Source: the human T2T-CHM13v2.0 reference genome, Homo sapiens. Taken from it: a stretch of 64,000 nt of DNA. The notes under the pieces were generated by a model. That model saw only the letters and a list, made by a program, of their open reading frames with translations. It was not told where the DNA came from and searched no databases. Numbering within the stretch: the first letter of the stretch is position 1; the number at the start of each line of letters is the position of its first letter. Positions 33,253-48,286 of the stretch are shown piece by piece. The DNA lies in assembly GCF_009914755.1 (NCBI RefSeq), contig NC_060929.1, one strand, 5' to 3'. Position numbers and translations under genes: made by a program.

Positions 33253-33383
33253 CATGAGAGTTGAGTAGCTTTCAAATGTGAAAAATAAAGCTGCTTCTTA
33301 AATTAGGACAGATTGGATTGAACTCTTCTACAAATACACCATTTGTAATATCCTGAAGATTAGTGAATTTTCCCAGTAATCCT
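33253..33383 (-). other. Candidate spliced exon (131 nt, stops in all three frames)
   Basis: Minus strand: ctcttctttcttggctattagttgtttttatttgcag|AGG…CATG|gtgaat. Good acceptor, weak donor. Confidence 0.25.
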
Positions 33384-34259
33384 CTGCAAATAAAAACAAC
33401 TAATAGCCAAGAAAGAAGAGATTTTTGTTCTATTCCTGTTCTAGGCAATACTGGTCCTCCACAATAATAAGGAAAGAACAGCAAATGAAACAGCAAACAG
33501 CTAGAGTTGTTCCAGTTCCCTGCAAAGCTAGCCAGGGGCCCCAGCAAAGTGAGCTTCAGCCATTCTCTAGTCCAAGGCTCTTAGAAGATGCCACTGTGTG
33601 GCACAGAGGAAACAATGCAGAAAGGAAACAACTACATGATATATTACTTACAGAGACTTCAAGCAAAATCAGTGGGTCAAGAGAAGGTTAGAACTCTTAA
33701 AAATTTATCTTGATTGGCTTTAGGGTACAGTCAACTCTTCTTTATGAAACACAAGTTCTTCCACTCATGGGCTCACCACGTTATTTTTGGCACAAACCTC
33801 TCTCAAATTTCTCCCTATATCTTTTCAATGGGAACTGATGGAACTAATTCTGCCTTTCACTACTATTTATATTATTTATAAATAATTTCTCATTTTAAGC
33901 TCATTACTATAATATATATCCCACCAGGAGTAGTACATTCTAAGATTCCATCTTTATTGACTTGACTAAACTCCTACTGTGATCTTGGAAGACCTTAATT
34001 TCATGATTGCAAGAAAACAAAGAATTCTATCATCCTGACTATATTCATTAATTTCTTGTTCTCTCTTCCTCTCTCTCTGTCTCTCTCACTCTCTGTATAA
34101 GTTTTAATTAACCTATATATTTTCTCTTAAATTTAACAACTAACCCTAAGTTCCTTCCCTTAAAAAAAAGTTTAAGCAAGAAAAGGAAAAATATAATTTA
34201 TTATGTCTCAAGTATATTCTCCATTGATACAACAAATTTCATTAAGAGTGGGTGAGATG

Positions 34260-35430
34260 CAGTTATAATGGCTATTATCAAAAAAGACAAAAATAACAAA
34301 TGCTATTGAAGATGCAAAAAGGAACTCACACACTGTTTTTGGGAACGTAAATTAATACAGCCATTATGGCAACCAGTATGGAAGTTTCTCAAAAAACTAA
34401 AAATAGAGCTATCATACCATCCAGCAACCCCACTTCTGGGTGTTTATTCCAGGGAAAGGAAATCAGTGTTATCAAAGAGACACCTGTACCTCCATATTTA
34501 TTGCAGCACTATTCACAACAGCCAAGATATGGAATCAACCTAAGTGTCCATCAATAGATGAATGAATAAAGGACATGTGGTACATATGAGCAATGAAATA
34601 CTAATTCAGCCATAAAAAGAATGAAATCCTGTCATTTGCTGCAATGTAGATGGAACAGGAGGAAATAAGCCAGGCACAGAAATACAAATATTGCATATTC
34701 TCATTATTATGTGGGAGCTTAAAAAAATGTATATCTTGTGGAGGTAGAGGAAGTTGAATGACAGATACCAGAGACTGGGAATGTGAGGGTCAGGAGGTGA
34801 AGAAACGTTGGTTAACACGTAAACACACACTTACATGGAAGGAATAAGTGCTAGTGGGGTTTTTTTGGTTTTTTGTTTTTTTGTTTTTTTGAGACGGAGT
34901 CTCACTTTGTCACCCAGGCTGGAATGCAGTGGCGCGATCTCAGCTCACTGCAAGCTCTGCCTTCCAAGTTTATGCCATTCTCCTGCCTCAGCCTCCTGAG
35001 TATCCAGGACTACAGGCACCCGCCACCACGCCCGGCTAATTTTTTTGTATTTTTAGTAGAGACGGGGTTTCACTGTGTTAGCCAGGATGGTCTCAATCTC
35101 CTGACTTGGTGATCTGCCCACCTCGGCCTCCCAAAGTGCTGGGATTACAGGTGTGAGCCAGTGCGCTGGGCCTATTGGTTGATAGCAGAGTAAAGTGATT
35201 ATAGTTAAAAACAATATATTGTGTATTTATAGAATATTTCTAAAATAACTATTAATAACTAATGGAAGAGATCTGAAATATTTCCAACGCAAAGAAACAA
35301 TAACTGCTTGGGGTGATGAATATCCTAGATACCCTAACTTGAACATTACACACTGTACCCATGTATCAAAATACCACATGTACCACATCAATATGTACAA
35401 ATATTATGTGTTAATTTTTTCAAGTTAAAA
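34260..35430 (+). mobile_element. L1MA 3' end interrupted by an AluY
   Basis: ORF2 C-terminus-like (gcagcactattcacaacagccaagatatggaatcaacctaagtgtcc) and an L1MA 3'UTR on both sides of the Alu. Confidence 0.8.
34859..35172 (-). mobile_element. AluY
   Basis: gagacggagtctcac…ccaccacgcccggc…gttagccaggatggtctc. Confidence 0.9.
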
Positions 35431-36551
35431 AAGAGTGGAAATGGAAATAAATTTTAAATAAAATAACTAGATACAGATAATGGTGTCCTGATTCTTGATA
35501 GGGGTAAAAATATAGCCTAAATCTTGGGATTAAATTGACAGTATAATCAAACCTGAAGAATGATTCCCTGTGAGTTGTACCTGGAGGTACAATGGTAGAA
35601 ACACAGAATTTCAATATGAAAAAGAGAGTGGTGGTTGGAGACATAGTTCTTGTTTCTGCTGAGATGAGTAGATTTATGGTTGGGAAAATATCACTTAAGG
35701 GTGTGAGAGCAAAGCTGATGAAGCTTAGGAAATGAAAAAAAGCAGCACATACTATGAGTCTGCTGAAGGAGAAGTACGGGAGTCTGTATTTCTGCAAAGC
35801 AGAGGCTAGTTTTCCAACACTGATCATAACACATCTATAGCTACTTTTTGGAATAACTCAATTGCAGGCATGCTTATGAATGAAATCTGTTATTTAGAGA
35901 ACAACATGGAGAAGTTAAATGGCCATATTTGTATTCTTACGGGGTGGGAAGTTGTGTTATTTTATCTGGCCTGTTTATAGTGAATAGATTAAAAAAATTA
36001 AGTCACAGGGACTGGAAAATTTCCTAGCAAAAAAAGGGCTCAGGATGAGCGAATTTCTTTCACTCTATTAAAAGTTTTCTGTTTTCTGTTTTTCTTTCTT
36101 CCTATTTTTTTTAAGAGACGCTGTGCCAGTCCTGAGTAATACACAATTGAAAGCAAATATAGAATCAGCTAAATTCAATCAAAGTATGGATGTCTCATAC
36201 ATGTTAAAATAAGGTAATCACTATAAAATAGTCAATCGTTTCTTCCACTTTCCATCTTGACAGACTCCTTTGGATATATGTAAATTACTGATTCCTTCTG
36301 GTTTTTTGCCATCGGGACTGTCTGAGTGTTTATTTTTTGGAAGGCAGGTGTAAATAAAGCTAAGTTACTTTACAGTAAAGCAGCAAAGTAAGGTTATAAA
36401 CCAGAAGTTTAATTCTCCTTTTCCAGATGCCACCCTAGACATAGAAGTTACAAAAAGAAACATACCTTTTAGAGTCTGCCAAAGGGATCAGCTGAGGAGA
36501 AATTACCAAACTAGAATAGTAATCAACTATTCTAAAATACTCTTTCTGACC

Positions 36552-36841
36552 AGGGTATGGGAAAGGTAGTGGGAGACTGTGGGGGGAGGTGGGGGATTTG
36601 ATAGCACAACAGGGTGACTATAGTCAATAATAATTTAATTGTACATTTTAAAATAACTAAAAGAGTATAATTGGATTGTTTGTAACACAAACAATAAAGG
36701 CTTGAGGGGATGGATACCCCATTTTACATGAGGTAATTATTACACATCATATGCCTGTATCAAAACATCTCATGCACCCCAAAAATATATACAACTACTA
36801 TGTACCCACAAAAATTAAAATTAAAAAATTAAAAATTAAAT
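36552..36841 (+). mobile_element. Short L1MA 3'UTR fragment
   Basis: gatagcacaacagggtgactatagtcaataataatttaattgtac…gtacccacaaaaattaaaa. Degenerate TSD aaaa(tac/gag)tctttctga at 36534-36549 and 36842-36857. Confidence 0.85.
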
Positions 36842-37431
36842 AAAAGAGTCTTTCTGAATATCAAAGAAAAGTTGAGTGCATTATAATTTTGTCTGAATTT
36901 TTCTCTCTCTCTTGTTTTTAGGGGGAGAAGGGGAGGTAGAGGTAAGTCTGATAATGTGGCCTGCATATAAAGTGTTTTTCCTTAGTCTGAGGTAGGATCA
37001 ATTGTGAGGTTTATTTTCTCTTATATTACTCTTCTCATTTTCTTGACCTACTATTCTTGCTCCATAATCTTCTAACATAAAGCCTATCTGCCTAAATATA
37101 TAATTTTCAAACTAAATAGAAAATGTGACAGAAAATCTTTTGAAAATTCTCTTAAGTTTACATCTCTAAATTAATCCTCAAAAGAATTAAATATTCAAAT
37201 CTTACTCATTTCTGAAGGTATACGGCTTTTCTCTGCTTTAATCAGGTAATGTACCATTTATAAATTAATGATTCATTAATTGCTTATTGAATTAATGGAT
37301 TTGAAATATGATTTATAATTTATTAGAAATTGAAAATAATATTGAAATGTGGAAATCATCATCTCTGCTAGTACTCTTAAAATATACCCATAGTAACTGC
37401 ACTGCCAAGGCATATAAAAAACCAGGTTTGC

Positions 37432-38047
<616 letters not shown>

Positions 38048-38289
38048 TTACACTTATGCTAAAGCCTCTAGATTCCTCTATCAGTCATTAGTAGCAACTT
38101 CTCAGGGCTTTATTCTGGGATATTAAGGTCCCAGTCTCAGTGTTCTCTACATGTTCTGTCAACAAATAATCTTGGTGTCTGTCTCTTTGAACTAAGGAAC
38201 CATCTTAACTAACTCACTTCTTAGGAAAGAACACCAGACTAGCCAGGTGAAAAAAAGGTAAATGCATTTTTTTATACTCATTTTGTTGT

Positions 38290-38500
38290 AGTATAAAAGA
38301 TCTGAGATTTAGACCCAAATGGATGTGGGTTCCACTCCCAGTATCTGCCACTTACCACCAATGTGGTACTGAGAAAGTCTACTAACTCTATGAATCCCAG
38401 TTTTCTCATCTATAAAATAAGGTTGGTATAGGATTGCTTTGAGGATTAATTAAGGTAAAGTATACCTGGCACCTGTGTAGTAAATCCTCAAGTAATGATA
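38290..38500. mobile_element. MIR
   Basis: gggttccactcccagtatctgccacttacc…cccagttttctcatctataaaataagg…gaggattaa. Confidence 0.7.
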
Positions 38501-40605
38501 GCTCCCTCTTCTCCTTCCATTCCATTAACATTTTCAGCCTCCAGTTAAAAAGGATACTTGGTCTTTAAGGATATGATTATGTTCTTCTTATTCATCTGAA
38601 AGCATTTGACAGATAAGAGGTGCTCGATAAACATGAGTTCCTTGTCAAACCTCCATGTGCCTCACCAGACTGCAGGCATTCACTGTGGCATAACCTCTCT
38701 CATCTATTACCTGATTCCATCCATAGATTCCTGTCTGTGAAGCAGACTGATTCTGACTTCCTCATTCCTCACTCCAGGAGCGGTGAGTCAGGCTGAGATA
38801 ATTGTGGACTGCAATAGCCAAATTGGTTTAAACAGCACCCACTTCAGGTAGATGAACATGAATGTGTACCAGTGAAGATATACGTATTAAGGAGGATGAA
38901 ATTTTAGAAATTATACCCCCTTGTTTGTTGATTCATTCTCATTTCAACCAAAACTAGAAAGTGATGATTATAGTTGTGGGTGCAGGTAGGACTCATTTAA
39001 AAATAATATTTTTTAAATTTTTCGAGGCCAAACTTGAGTGAATTTGTGTGCTATACTTTCAACAGTAATAAAGCTAAGATTAGCAGAAACAAAAATAAAT
39101 TTGCATCTCTTATTCATAAAATTTATATGATATGTAATCCTATAAAGTCAAGCATCACCAGCCTCACATGTTCTGCTTTATTTGTGTTATTCATCAGTGG
39201 ATATGTGAATAAGAGTCTATTTTAAGACACTGTTTGTAATAACATTTTTAACAAGATAATACTTCTGAAAATATTAAACCAATGTATTTTTCATTCATCA
39301 TAAATCCACTTCCTCATGACTCTTCACCCATTAAGTAATATTCATTACTTCAGGGTTTTGTTGAATATTTCCTATAACAAATAAGTCATTATTCAACTTT
39401 AAGCTTCAAAATTAAATTATTCCTGCTTCATGCTAGATGGCGGTCTTAAGAACCAAGCTTTGCTGGGAGGAATATGTTTTCTAAATTCCAAAATCTTTTT
39501 ATATTGCAGAAGTAAAATGTGGATGTCAGAGCTTAAATTTTTACTCTGAGCGTCGGCACACAGAGAAGGAAGGCTATCAAGGAAGGCTCAGACAGACAGG
39601 AATAGAAAGGAAACCTGCTATATGGGGAGGACTTCCAGAACTCTGGGAAAGATCAAATTAGGGTAGCATTACTTGGGTCCCTGAGATGGAGTTAGGTGTT
39701 CTCACCACCCTGGAGCAAAGATTCAAGAAAGGGTAATGAGAAGGTAAGAAATGGCATGCATAGGAGAATATACTTCTTCCCATTTAGAACTATAGCTGAA
39801 GAATGTCTCAGAGCCATTGGGCAAAGCAGAGCAGCCACAGTAACGTGGCATGTTAACAACACCCCTGCCTCCATGTGGCACCCACACCCTTGCCTCCATG
39901 CGGCACAGCAGAGATTTAGACCTAAAGAGTTATCAGGAGTTGGGAGTGGGGGACATTTACCAGGTAGCTAAGAATTAAGAAGCAACTTTTTTTCCAGAGG
40001 GTTGAGGGGAAAAGAAATGGAGTGGAAAGCAGTTAGAGAGCAGATAGAAGGTGCACTGAGTCTCAGAGGTGAGCCATTCAAGAAGACACCAAACTGCCAC
40101 ACTCCAATCCAAAGTCAGTGAGAACCTACATGAGGTCCAGACACCTCTCTTGCCATCACAATATTACCTGAACTTTGCCTTGTATAAAAAGGCACTCAAG
40201 GAGAAGGGAAGAAATGGAATGAAGGGAAGGACTAGGCATCTCCCCCCTCCCCACCAAATTATTTTACACTGAAGAAGACTGAGTAATCTTATATGGGCTA
40301 TTTTGTGTTGAGTGCTGTTTGGTGTTTGCTACTGAGTGGAAATGGGAGTTGTTGATAAGTCATATAAATTAATTTATGTACATCTGAGTTATACCCTTTG
40401 CTAACCTTTGGAGGACCAATCAAGAGAATCTGGTCTGCCCCAAGCTCATGGCTTAAACTGTATGAATTAGACATTAGAAACACCATTTGCCCACTCATTT
40501 ACAAGTTGATATATACACATTTTCAAAAATAGAACATAGTCTTCCATTAACTCTATAAAATGCTATCAAGTGTTGCTCTATATCCGTTATGTGCATGTAC
40601 ATGCA

Positions 40606-40607
40606 TG

Positions 40608-40646
<39 letters not shown>

Positions 40647-40650
40647 TTGT
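40606..40650. repeat. (TG)n microsatellite
   Basis: Read directly; slightly interrupted. Confidence 0.9.
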
Positions 40651-40999
40651 GTTGCAGCTCTTGTGTTTAAGGGCTTCAATAGCAGAGGCGTGAATCAAAT
40701 TCATCATTTATTTTGTCCAAAAGAGAGTAAAGGTATGAATATGCAGAGATCCTAATCAGCCTAACATCTGGAGCTGCAAAGTAACAAGCTACATTAGGAT
40801 TAATTTATATTGTACAATAAAAGAGCTCCAAAAAAAGAACCCTTTGAAGAGATGAATCTGGCAAATCATAACTTATATCTAGCTATTTCAAATCAATGCT
40901 ATTAATTGAAAATGAAGATTTGTTTTGAATTCAGTAGATCTCGACTATAATGTATTGAGCATTCTCAAAAGTAACCCATCAAAAACAGTGATTTAAATT

Positions 41000-41410
41000 T
41001 AGTTATCCTAGAAATAGACCATAAGATAAAGATTTGAGTGAGTGTAAGTGGTTTATTAGGGAGTTGATCCCAATAGACCAACAATGGAGTGGTAAAGAGA
41101 GACAGGAAATGGAAGGAAATTAATACAGAGTAAGATAGTATGCAGGAGATCATTGTCGGTGACTGAGTCTCAATTCCACTGGGAACCTCTGAGTGAACAG
41201 ATCCCTCCTCAGCCCTTGATCACCAAAAGGATGAGGAAGCCAGTATTTATTCTCCAACTACCATGCTTCGTGAGCTGAGGGCCACTGCTGTGAGCATCAG
41301 CTCCCCATGACTTCTGATGTGTCCCATGCAGGGACCAAGCATACTAAGGAAAGCATTAAAGCACAGCAAAAAACACGTGCAGTAGAAAGCCATCAGTCGG
41401 CACATGGACA
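41000..41410. mobile_element. Old MLT1/LTR-type relic
   Basis: gataaagatttgagtgagtgtaagtggtttattagggagttgatccc… resembles an antisense old LTR end. Family uncertain. Confidence 0.45.
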
Positions 41411-42100
41411 AGACAGCCAACAATGTTAATTAGGCATTTGGGAAACTTAAAAGTAGAAAAGAATGAATCAGGCATTTTTAGAAGCAGGAAAAAATGTCTG
41501 TGGTACTGAATGAAAATTAACCCTTGAAGTCACTATCATTCTGGTAAAGTCTATACAAAATGTAACCTTGTAATTATATGACCTCCTCAGTGAAAATGTG
41601 TGTAGCTTGTAGATTTGCACTACCATCTTGACTAATTATTCCTTGACATTCCATTCAACTAAGTATATCCAAATTTTAAAAATTGACTGCTGGAATCCAA
41701 AGTACACTGAGAAAGCTAAAATTCTTCTCTGCATATGCCTAAAAAGATGAGGTTCAAGGTAGCCCAGTTATATTTAAGAAATGAGAAGAAAGCAAATTTT
41801 AAAACTCACAGTTGCCTGAGATTTATAGTGCTAATTGGGCAACAATGGATTGCATGTCTTTAGAACTAAAGTTCAAATTGTGATTAATGATTTAAAAACA
41901 TACCTCTGCCTTTGAATTATTTAAATTAAATATACAACTTTGGTTAAGCATCAGTTTTATAAGGCTTCTTAATTTATCTCTACGGGCAATCTATTTGCAA
42001 TGAAAAGTTCTTGGGAAAATCTTGAAAGGGAAAAGAGGATGTGTGTGATTCTTTGTTTTTTGTTTGTTTACCCAAAAGAAAAATTAGTTTCAGCACTTAC

Positions 42101-42166
42101 CTCTGGTTATGACATTATCTCCATTATCTCTGGGGTCATAATAGGTATGCTTAATGTATTTCAAAC
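42101..42166 (-). other. Candidate internal exon (66 nt; phase 1-1 open frame LKYIKHTYYDPRDNGDNVITR)
   Basis: Minus strand: tacttttgctctag|GTTTGAAA…ACCAGAG|gtaagtgc. Consensus donor; lies in non-repeat sequence. Confidence 0.4.
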
Positions 42167-42588
42167 CTAGAGCAAAAGTAGTTCTAGAATTTGCAAAAGG
42201 AAATATTTTTGATGATGCCAGTGGTAAGAGTAGGAGACAAAATCTGAGAGATATCCAAGGAACATGCCCTCATGCTCTTCCCGGTAGACTGACCCAGATA
42301 CTTAGGAGACATTGGCAACCAATACAGAAGACTAAGCATTATTAAGCCCTTAGGAAATAGATGAGTTCTAGCCACTCTCCTAAAATTACATGCACGAGTT
42401 CTTGTATGAAAAAGTAGCACTTACTAGAAAAGGAAAATTTAGATAAAAGTCTGCATCAAGTTCCTTACTCACATATGTGGCACTAATGTTCCCTTATGAT
42501 AATCAGTTCAAAAACTTCGATTAATAAATATCTGAAAACATTACATACATCTTTAAATACAGATACTTTTAAAATGTTTGAGTATTTT

Positions 42589-42632
42589 TTTACAAACCTG
42601 CATTATTTAGAAAAATAATGCAGGTTTGTAAA
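42589..42632. repeat. Perfect inverted repeat, 20-bp arms with a 4-nt loop
   Basis: tttacaaacctgcattattt-agaa-aaataatgcaggtttgtaaa. Confidence 0.95.
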
Positions 42633-44764
42633 TAAATAAATAAATAAACTATAAAAATAAAATAAACTAGCAAGTACATTTCTAAAACTGCCTTGAATAT
42701 TGCTGTATCTCTTCAATACAGGGAATTTAGCAGCATATAAAACAATGCATAAGCCCTAAGGAAATTAGTATGCAAATCATTGGAAAGAGGCCAGAAAGAT
42801 TTTCTCATTGAAAGAAGCCTGTAAGGGAACTTTATGGTACAGAAAGCATAACCATGACTCCTGCCACTGCCCTCAAGTAACAAACATATCCAAAAGCAAT
42901 TGTCTATTTAAAATAAAAACATTTAAAATTCATAGGGATTATTTTTACAGTAAAAGAACTAATGCTTGAACTAGCAAGTTATTTAGCCTACTTAAAAAGA
43001 AACCTGCTTACTAGTGATTATTAATTATTAAAATCAAATGATGCCAAACTACACATGAAAATCAATGTTTATTTGGAAGAAATTTGAGTAAAAACTCCCA
43101 GCAACTTCTAAGCTAGTAAAAAGGCCATTTATCAACTTTTAATTCAAAAGTACACCTAAATTGCATGCTACTATTTACTAATTAACTGTCAAGTGACAAC
43201 AGCCCATTTATTCTAATTTTTAGGTTTTTGGTAAATAATTTCTATACCATTAGACTAAACTATTATGTATCTTTTAAAAAGAAAAAGGAGGAAGGAGAAA
43301 GAGGAGAAGGAAGAAGAGGAGGGAATGGAGTAGGAGAGGAAGAAAGTAGTTAGCACAGTATTTTAAAGTGGTAAAAATCCAAAAGTGTTACTTTTACCTA
43401 AGCAAGTCTTGCTCACATTTCTATGATAATAAAGAGTGACATATGGAAAAACATAGATGCAATATTGAATTCCATTTTTTGTGGAATACAGGTGCTGTTA
43501 TTTTTTTTTTTCAACTTTGAGTAGGTAAGGGAAATCCACTAGTCTTCAAGGTTGTAACTCTGGGATGCCTTGAGCAAAACTATTGTATCTGGAATTACCA
43601 TAGCAAACTTATGTTAACTAGAGCTCCACACAAATGTTTAATTATTTCCTCTTAGTGCAATGTTTTTGTCTCTGACTGAACTTTTTGTATTTATATTTAT
43701 TTGCAAAATTTCCACCTTTAAAAATGAGCAGTTAATAATACTTCTCAGTTTTGTGGATTATTTTATATCCTTCAGATCTGTAATAATGGTTTGGAAGATA
43801 CTATGAGTCTTCTCCACAAAAATCAGTCTCAACATAAGAGACTGAGAACATATATATTCATTCATTGCTGATATATATTTGTCTAAATTAAGCTTTATAA
43901 TGAAGTGCTAAATGTGAAAGGAAGTGTCCCTGTCTATAATAATCTTTAATTATATTAGGAAGACATATAATGAACAAGTAAACAAACAAAACAAGAACAC
44001 AATTATACATGATATGACAATATTATGAGGGATGATGTGGTAGAAATTACGAAGTTGTATCTGAGCTAAAACTTGAACATTAAAAAGAAAGCTACCACTC
44101 AAAGAACAAAGAAGGAAAGAACAAAAAAAATGGCAAAAAAAATCCAAAATTGATAAAAAAGCAAATGAAAATCATGACCAATTTTATTACCATGAACTTA
44201 AAGAAATTAATGAAACAAGAAGTCTGACAAATCACTTTAAATACAAAAGGAAATAAAACAGGAACTGATAGAGCTGAAGAAAAGAGTGGAGGAGTAAGAT
44301 GAATTGAAGCTTTCATTGGAAAGAGTAACTTTGAAAATACAGTGAGATTAATGAAGAATTTACTGAGAAAAGTTAACAAAATAAAATTCAAATTAAGAGT
44401 TCTCAGTTATTAGAGAGAGTGTGATAGATATGGAAGAGTCAATACATATATAACTGGAATATCCCAAGAAAGTAACTGAATTAATAGAATCCAAAAACTT
44501 AAAAGTCAAAGATATAAATCAATGAAACTTCCCAGAAATAACATAATAATTGGATCTACAGGTTAAAAGTTTTATTTTACCCCAGAAAAATCAACACAAA
44601 ACAATCAATGTATATGAGTAAAATTATTGGACTTCAAAAATGAAGAAAGCACTTTTTGGATGTTCAGGAAACAAAATCACAAAACCAAATTATTGAGAAC
44701 AAAAAAAAAATCAAGCAGAAGTTTTAGACTGATCCACAGTAACATTCAAAACTAGATGACATGG

Positions 44765-44944
44765 TATCTATCCAGAGGAAAAGAAGTTATTATACAAAAA
44801 AGATACTTGCACACACATTTGTGGCAGCACAATTTACAATTGCAAAAACATGGAAACAACACAAATGCCCATCAATCAATGAGTGGATAAAGAAATGGTG
44901 GTGCGTGTGTGAGTGTGTGTGTGTATCTCTGTGTATGTGTGTAT

Positions 44945-45018
<74 letters not shown>

Positions 45019-45387
45019 GAGATGTAATACTACTCAGCCATAAAATGGCATTCACAGTGACCTGGATGAGATTGGAGACTATTATTCTAAGTGAAGTAAC
45101 TCAGGAATGGAAAACCAAACATCATATGTTCTCATCATAAGTGGGAGCTAAGCTATGAGGATGCAAAGGCATAAGAATGGCACAATGGGCTTTGGAGATT
45201 CAGGGGGAAAGGGTGGGAAGGGAGTAAGGGATAAAATACTACAAATAGGGTGCAGGGTATACTGCTCGGGTAATGGGTGCACCAAAATCTCACAATCACC
45301 ACTAAAGTACTTACTCATGTAACCAAATACTACCTGTTCCCCAATAACCTATGGAAATTTTAAAAAAATGTAAACAAACAAACAAAC
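44765..45387 (+). mobile_element. 5'-truncated L1PB (PB1-like) 3' end with an internal (TG)n(TA)n
   Basis: 3'UTR gctatgaggatgcaaaggcataagaatg…ccccaataacctatggaaa. Perfect 17-bp TSD AAAACTAGATGACATGG at 44748-44764 and 45388-45404. Confidence 0.9.
44900..45016. repeat. Compound (TG)n(TA)n microsatellite
   Basis: Read directly; sits at the L1 'tggtatatatac' position. Confidence 0.92.
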
Positions 45388-45959
45388 AAAACTAGATGAC
45401 ATGGAAAAACATCTCCAAGTCCCTGAAGAAAAAAAGCAGGGGCCAAGAATTTTATATCAAGCCAAACTGTCTTTTATGTATAAGTGTAACATTCAAGAAT
45501 TCAAGAAATATAATTCTATGAAACTTTCTTGAAACTATTAGCAGGTTATCCTCCCCTGTGAAGAGTACTAGATGAAGACTGCCATGTTTTGTCTTTATGG
45601 CTTCTCAATTTTGTTGTTCTGCTCTAACCACCTTTTATTATTATTTTATTACCACTCAATTGCAAAGAGTGAAGTCACTCTTACCGCTTTCTGACTGAGG
45701 ATCCTTTCATGTCTCTGTTAACTAAAATATAAATATAGAAACTGTGGCAAAATACATTTATTTAACTGTATGACCATGAATAAAACAATTGTGGAGATTG
45801 TTGTTACAGAACAAAACAAACTTTTTACCATTATTATTATTTACAAATACTGTAACAAATGTTTGAAAAAGAGAAGATTGATGCATGGCAAATGAGTTGA
45901 TATCTTTTATAGAAATGCCAATTGATTTTATGTTGATCAATCAAGTAATTCAGCATACC

Positions 45960-46300
45960 AGTAAAGACAGAGTAACTAGGTTAAGTTGCAAAATCAATCT
46001 CCAAATGTCAGTGGCTTAACACAACAGTTTTGTTTCACACTCAAGTTAAATGCCCATCATGGGCGAGCTGTGGCTTTTCTCTACATTATCTTTACTCCAA
46101 CACAGATTGACAGAGAACCACAATCTGAAACACAACAGATTTAATGGCAGAGGAAAAGGACCTCATACCAGTATTGTCACTTCTCTTCACAACTCAATGG
46201 CTAGAATTCAACACAGGGTCTCATTGAAACACAAGGCTATCAGGAAAGGATATCTTATTATGTGTCCAGAATGAGAGAACTGAAATACATGGCCAACAGC
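45960..46300. mobile_element. Old MLT1-type LTR relic
   Basis: 'ccaaatgtcagtggcttaacacaaca' is a typical antisense MLT1 end motif. Confidence 0.5.
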
Positions 46301-46507
46301 CACTAGTTGTTATCATATCAAGATATAACTATATTTAAGTAAATTAGAAGTAACACCAAAACGACCAAGAAAAAATAATGAGGTAAAATTGGGAACAGGG
46401 GGAGAGAGGAAGAAAATCAGGGAGATGAAGGGAAGGCGAAGTATATTTATAGAGGGGAGTTGGTGAATATTGCTTAATAAAACAGAGAACTGAGTATACA
46501 ATAGGTC

Positions 46508-46715
46508 TATGCTGTCCAATCAAGTAGCCATTAGTCACATGTATTTAAATCTAAATTAATTAAAATGAAATAAGTTTTAAATTCAGTTCCTCAGTCACAC
46601 TAGCCACATTCTAAGTGCTCAATAGCAACATGTGTTCAGTGGCTATTGCATTGAATAGCACAGGTATAAAGCATTTTGATCACCTTAGAAAGTTCTTTTC
46701 AGCAGTACTTTCATA
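46508..46715. mobile_element. MER3-like hAT relic
   Basis: gctgtccaat…aaattcagttcctcagtcacactagccacattctaagtgctcaatagcaacatgtg. Confidence 0.75.
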
Positions 46716-46999
46716 GCACTGCTATCAATACTTGCTGTTACAAATTTTTTAAAATAAAAGGAAACAATTATTACACTTTTAAATTATAAAAATGAAAATA
46801 AAAATACACAAGAGCTACCAAAACACAACCAGATAGTAAAACATAAAAATTTTTAACAGAAATTACAATGTAAAATATAATAAAGTTAAGAATCAACATA
46901 TATATCATACAAATATATTTGACTATAAAATTCAACATACTCAGATAAGGTTATTCATAGAACCTCAATTATCTGTAAACATGAGAAATAAAAATTGGC

Positions 47000-47240
47000 T
47001 ATATTTTTAATGCTTATCATGAGCCAGGCAACTAACATAAGCATGTAGCATATATTATTTCATGTAGTTATCATTATGAGCCAACGAGGTAGGTAGTATT
47101 AATGTATTTGTTACATATATAATAAAACCAAGACACTATATTATTAAATAATTTACAAAGATTACAAAGCTTAAAAGTAGCAGAGACTAACTGTGAAGCC
47201 AGCCAGTCTGATTCCAGACCTTGTCCTCTTGACGCATTTA
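47000..47240. mobile_element. MIR (degenerate)
   Basis: gcttatcatgagccaggca…aggtaggtagtatt…cagtctgattccagacc. Confidence 0.5.
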
Positions 47241-47283
47241 CCAAAATTGGCCATGAACTTGAATATAAAGCAACAAATTTTAT

Positions 47284-48286
<1,003 letters not shown>

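Larger units (their letters stand above)
44100..45545 (+). mobile_element. Old L1M ORF1-region relic hosting an L1PB insert
   Basis: Degenerate ORF1-like sequence (ccaagaattttatatcaagccaaactgtc…). Boundaries approximate. Confidence 0.55.

Noticed and set aside
38755-38795. Acceptor-GAGCG-gtgagt motif overlapping an AP-1-like TGAGTCA
   Set aside because: A 5-nt exon or a single 7-mer motif cannot be supported without expression or chromatin data.
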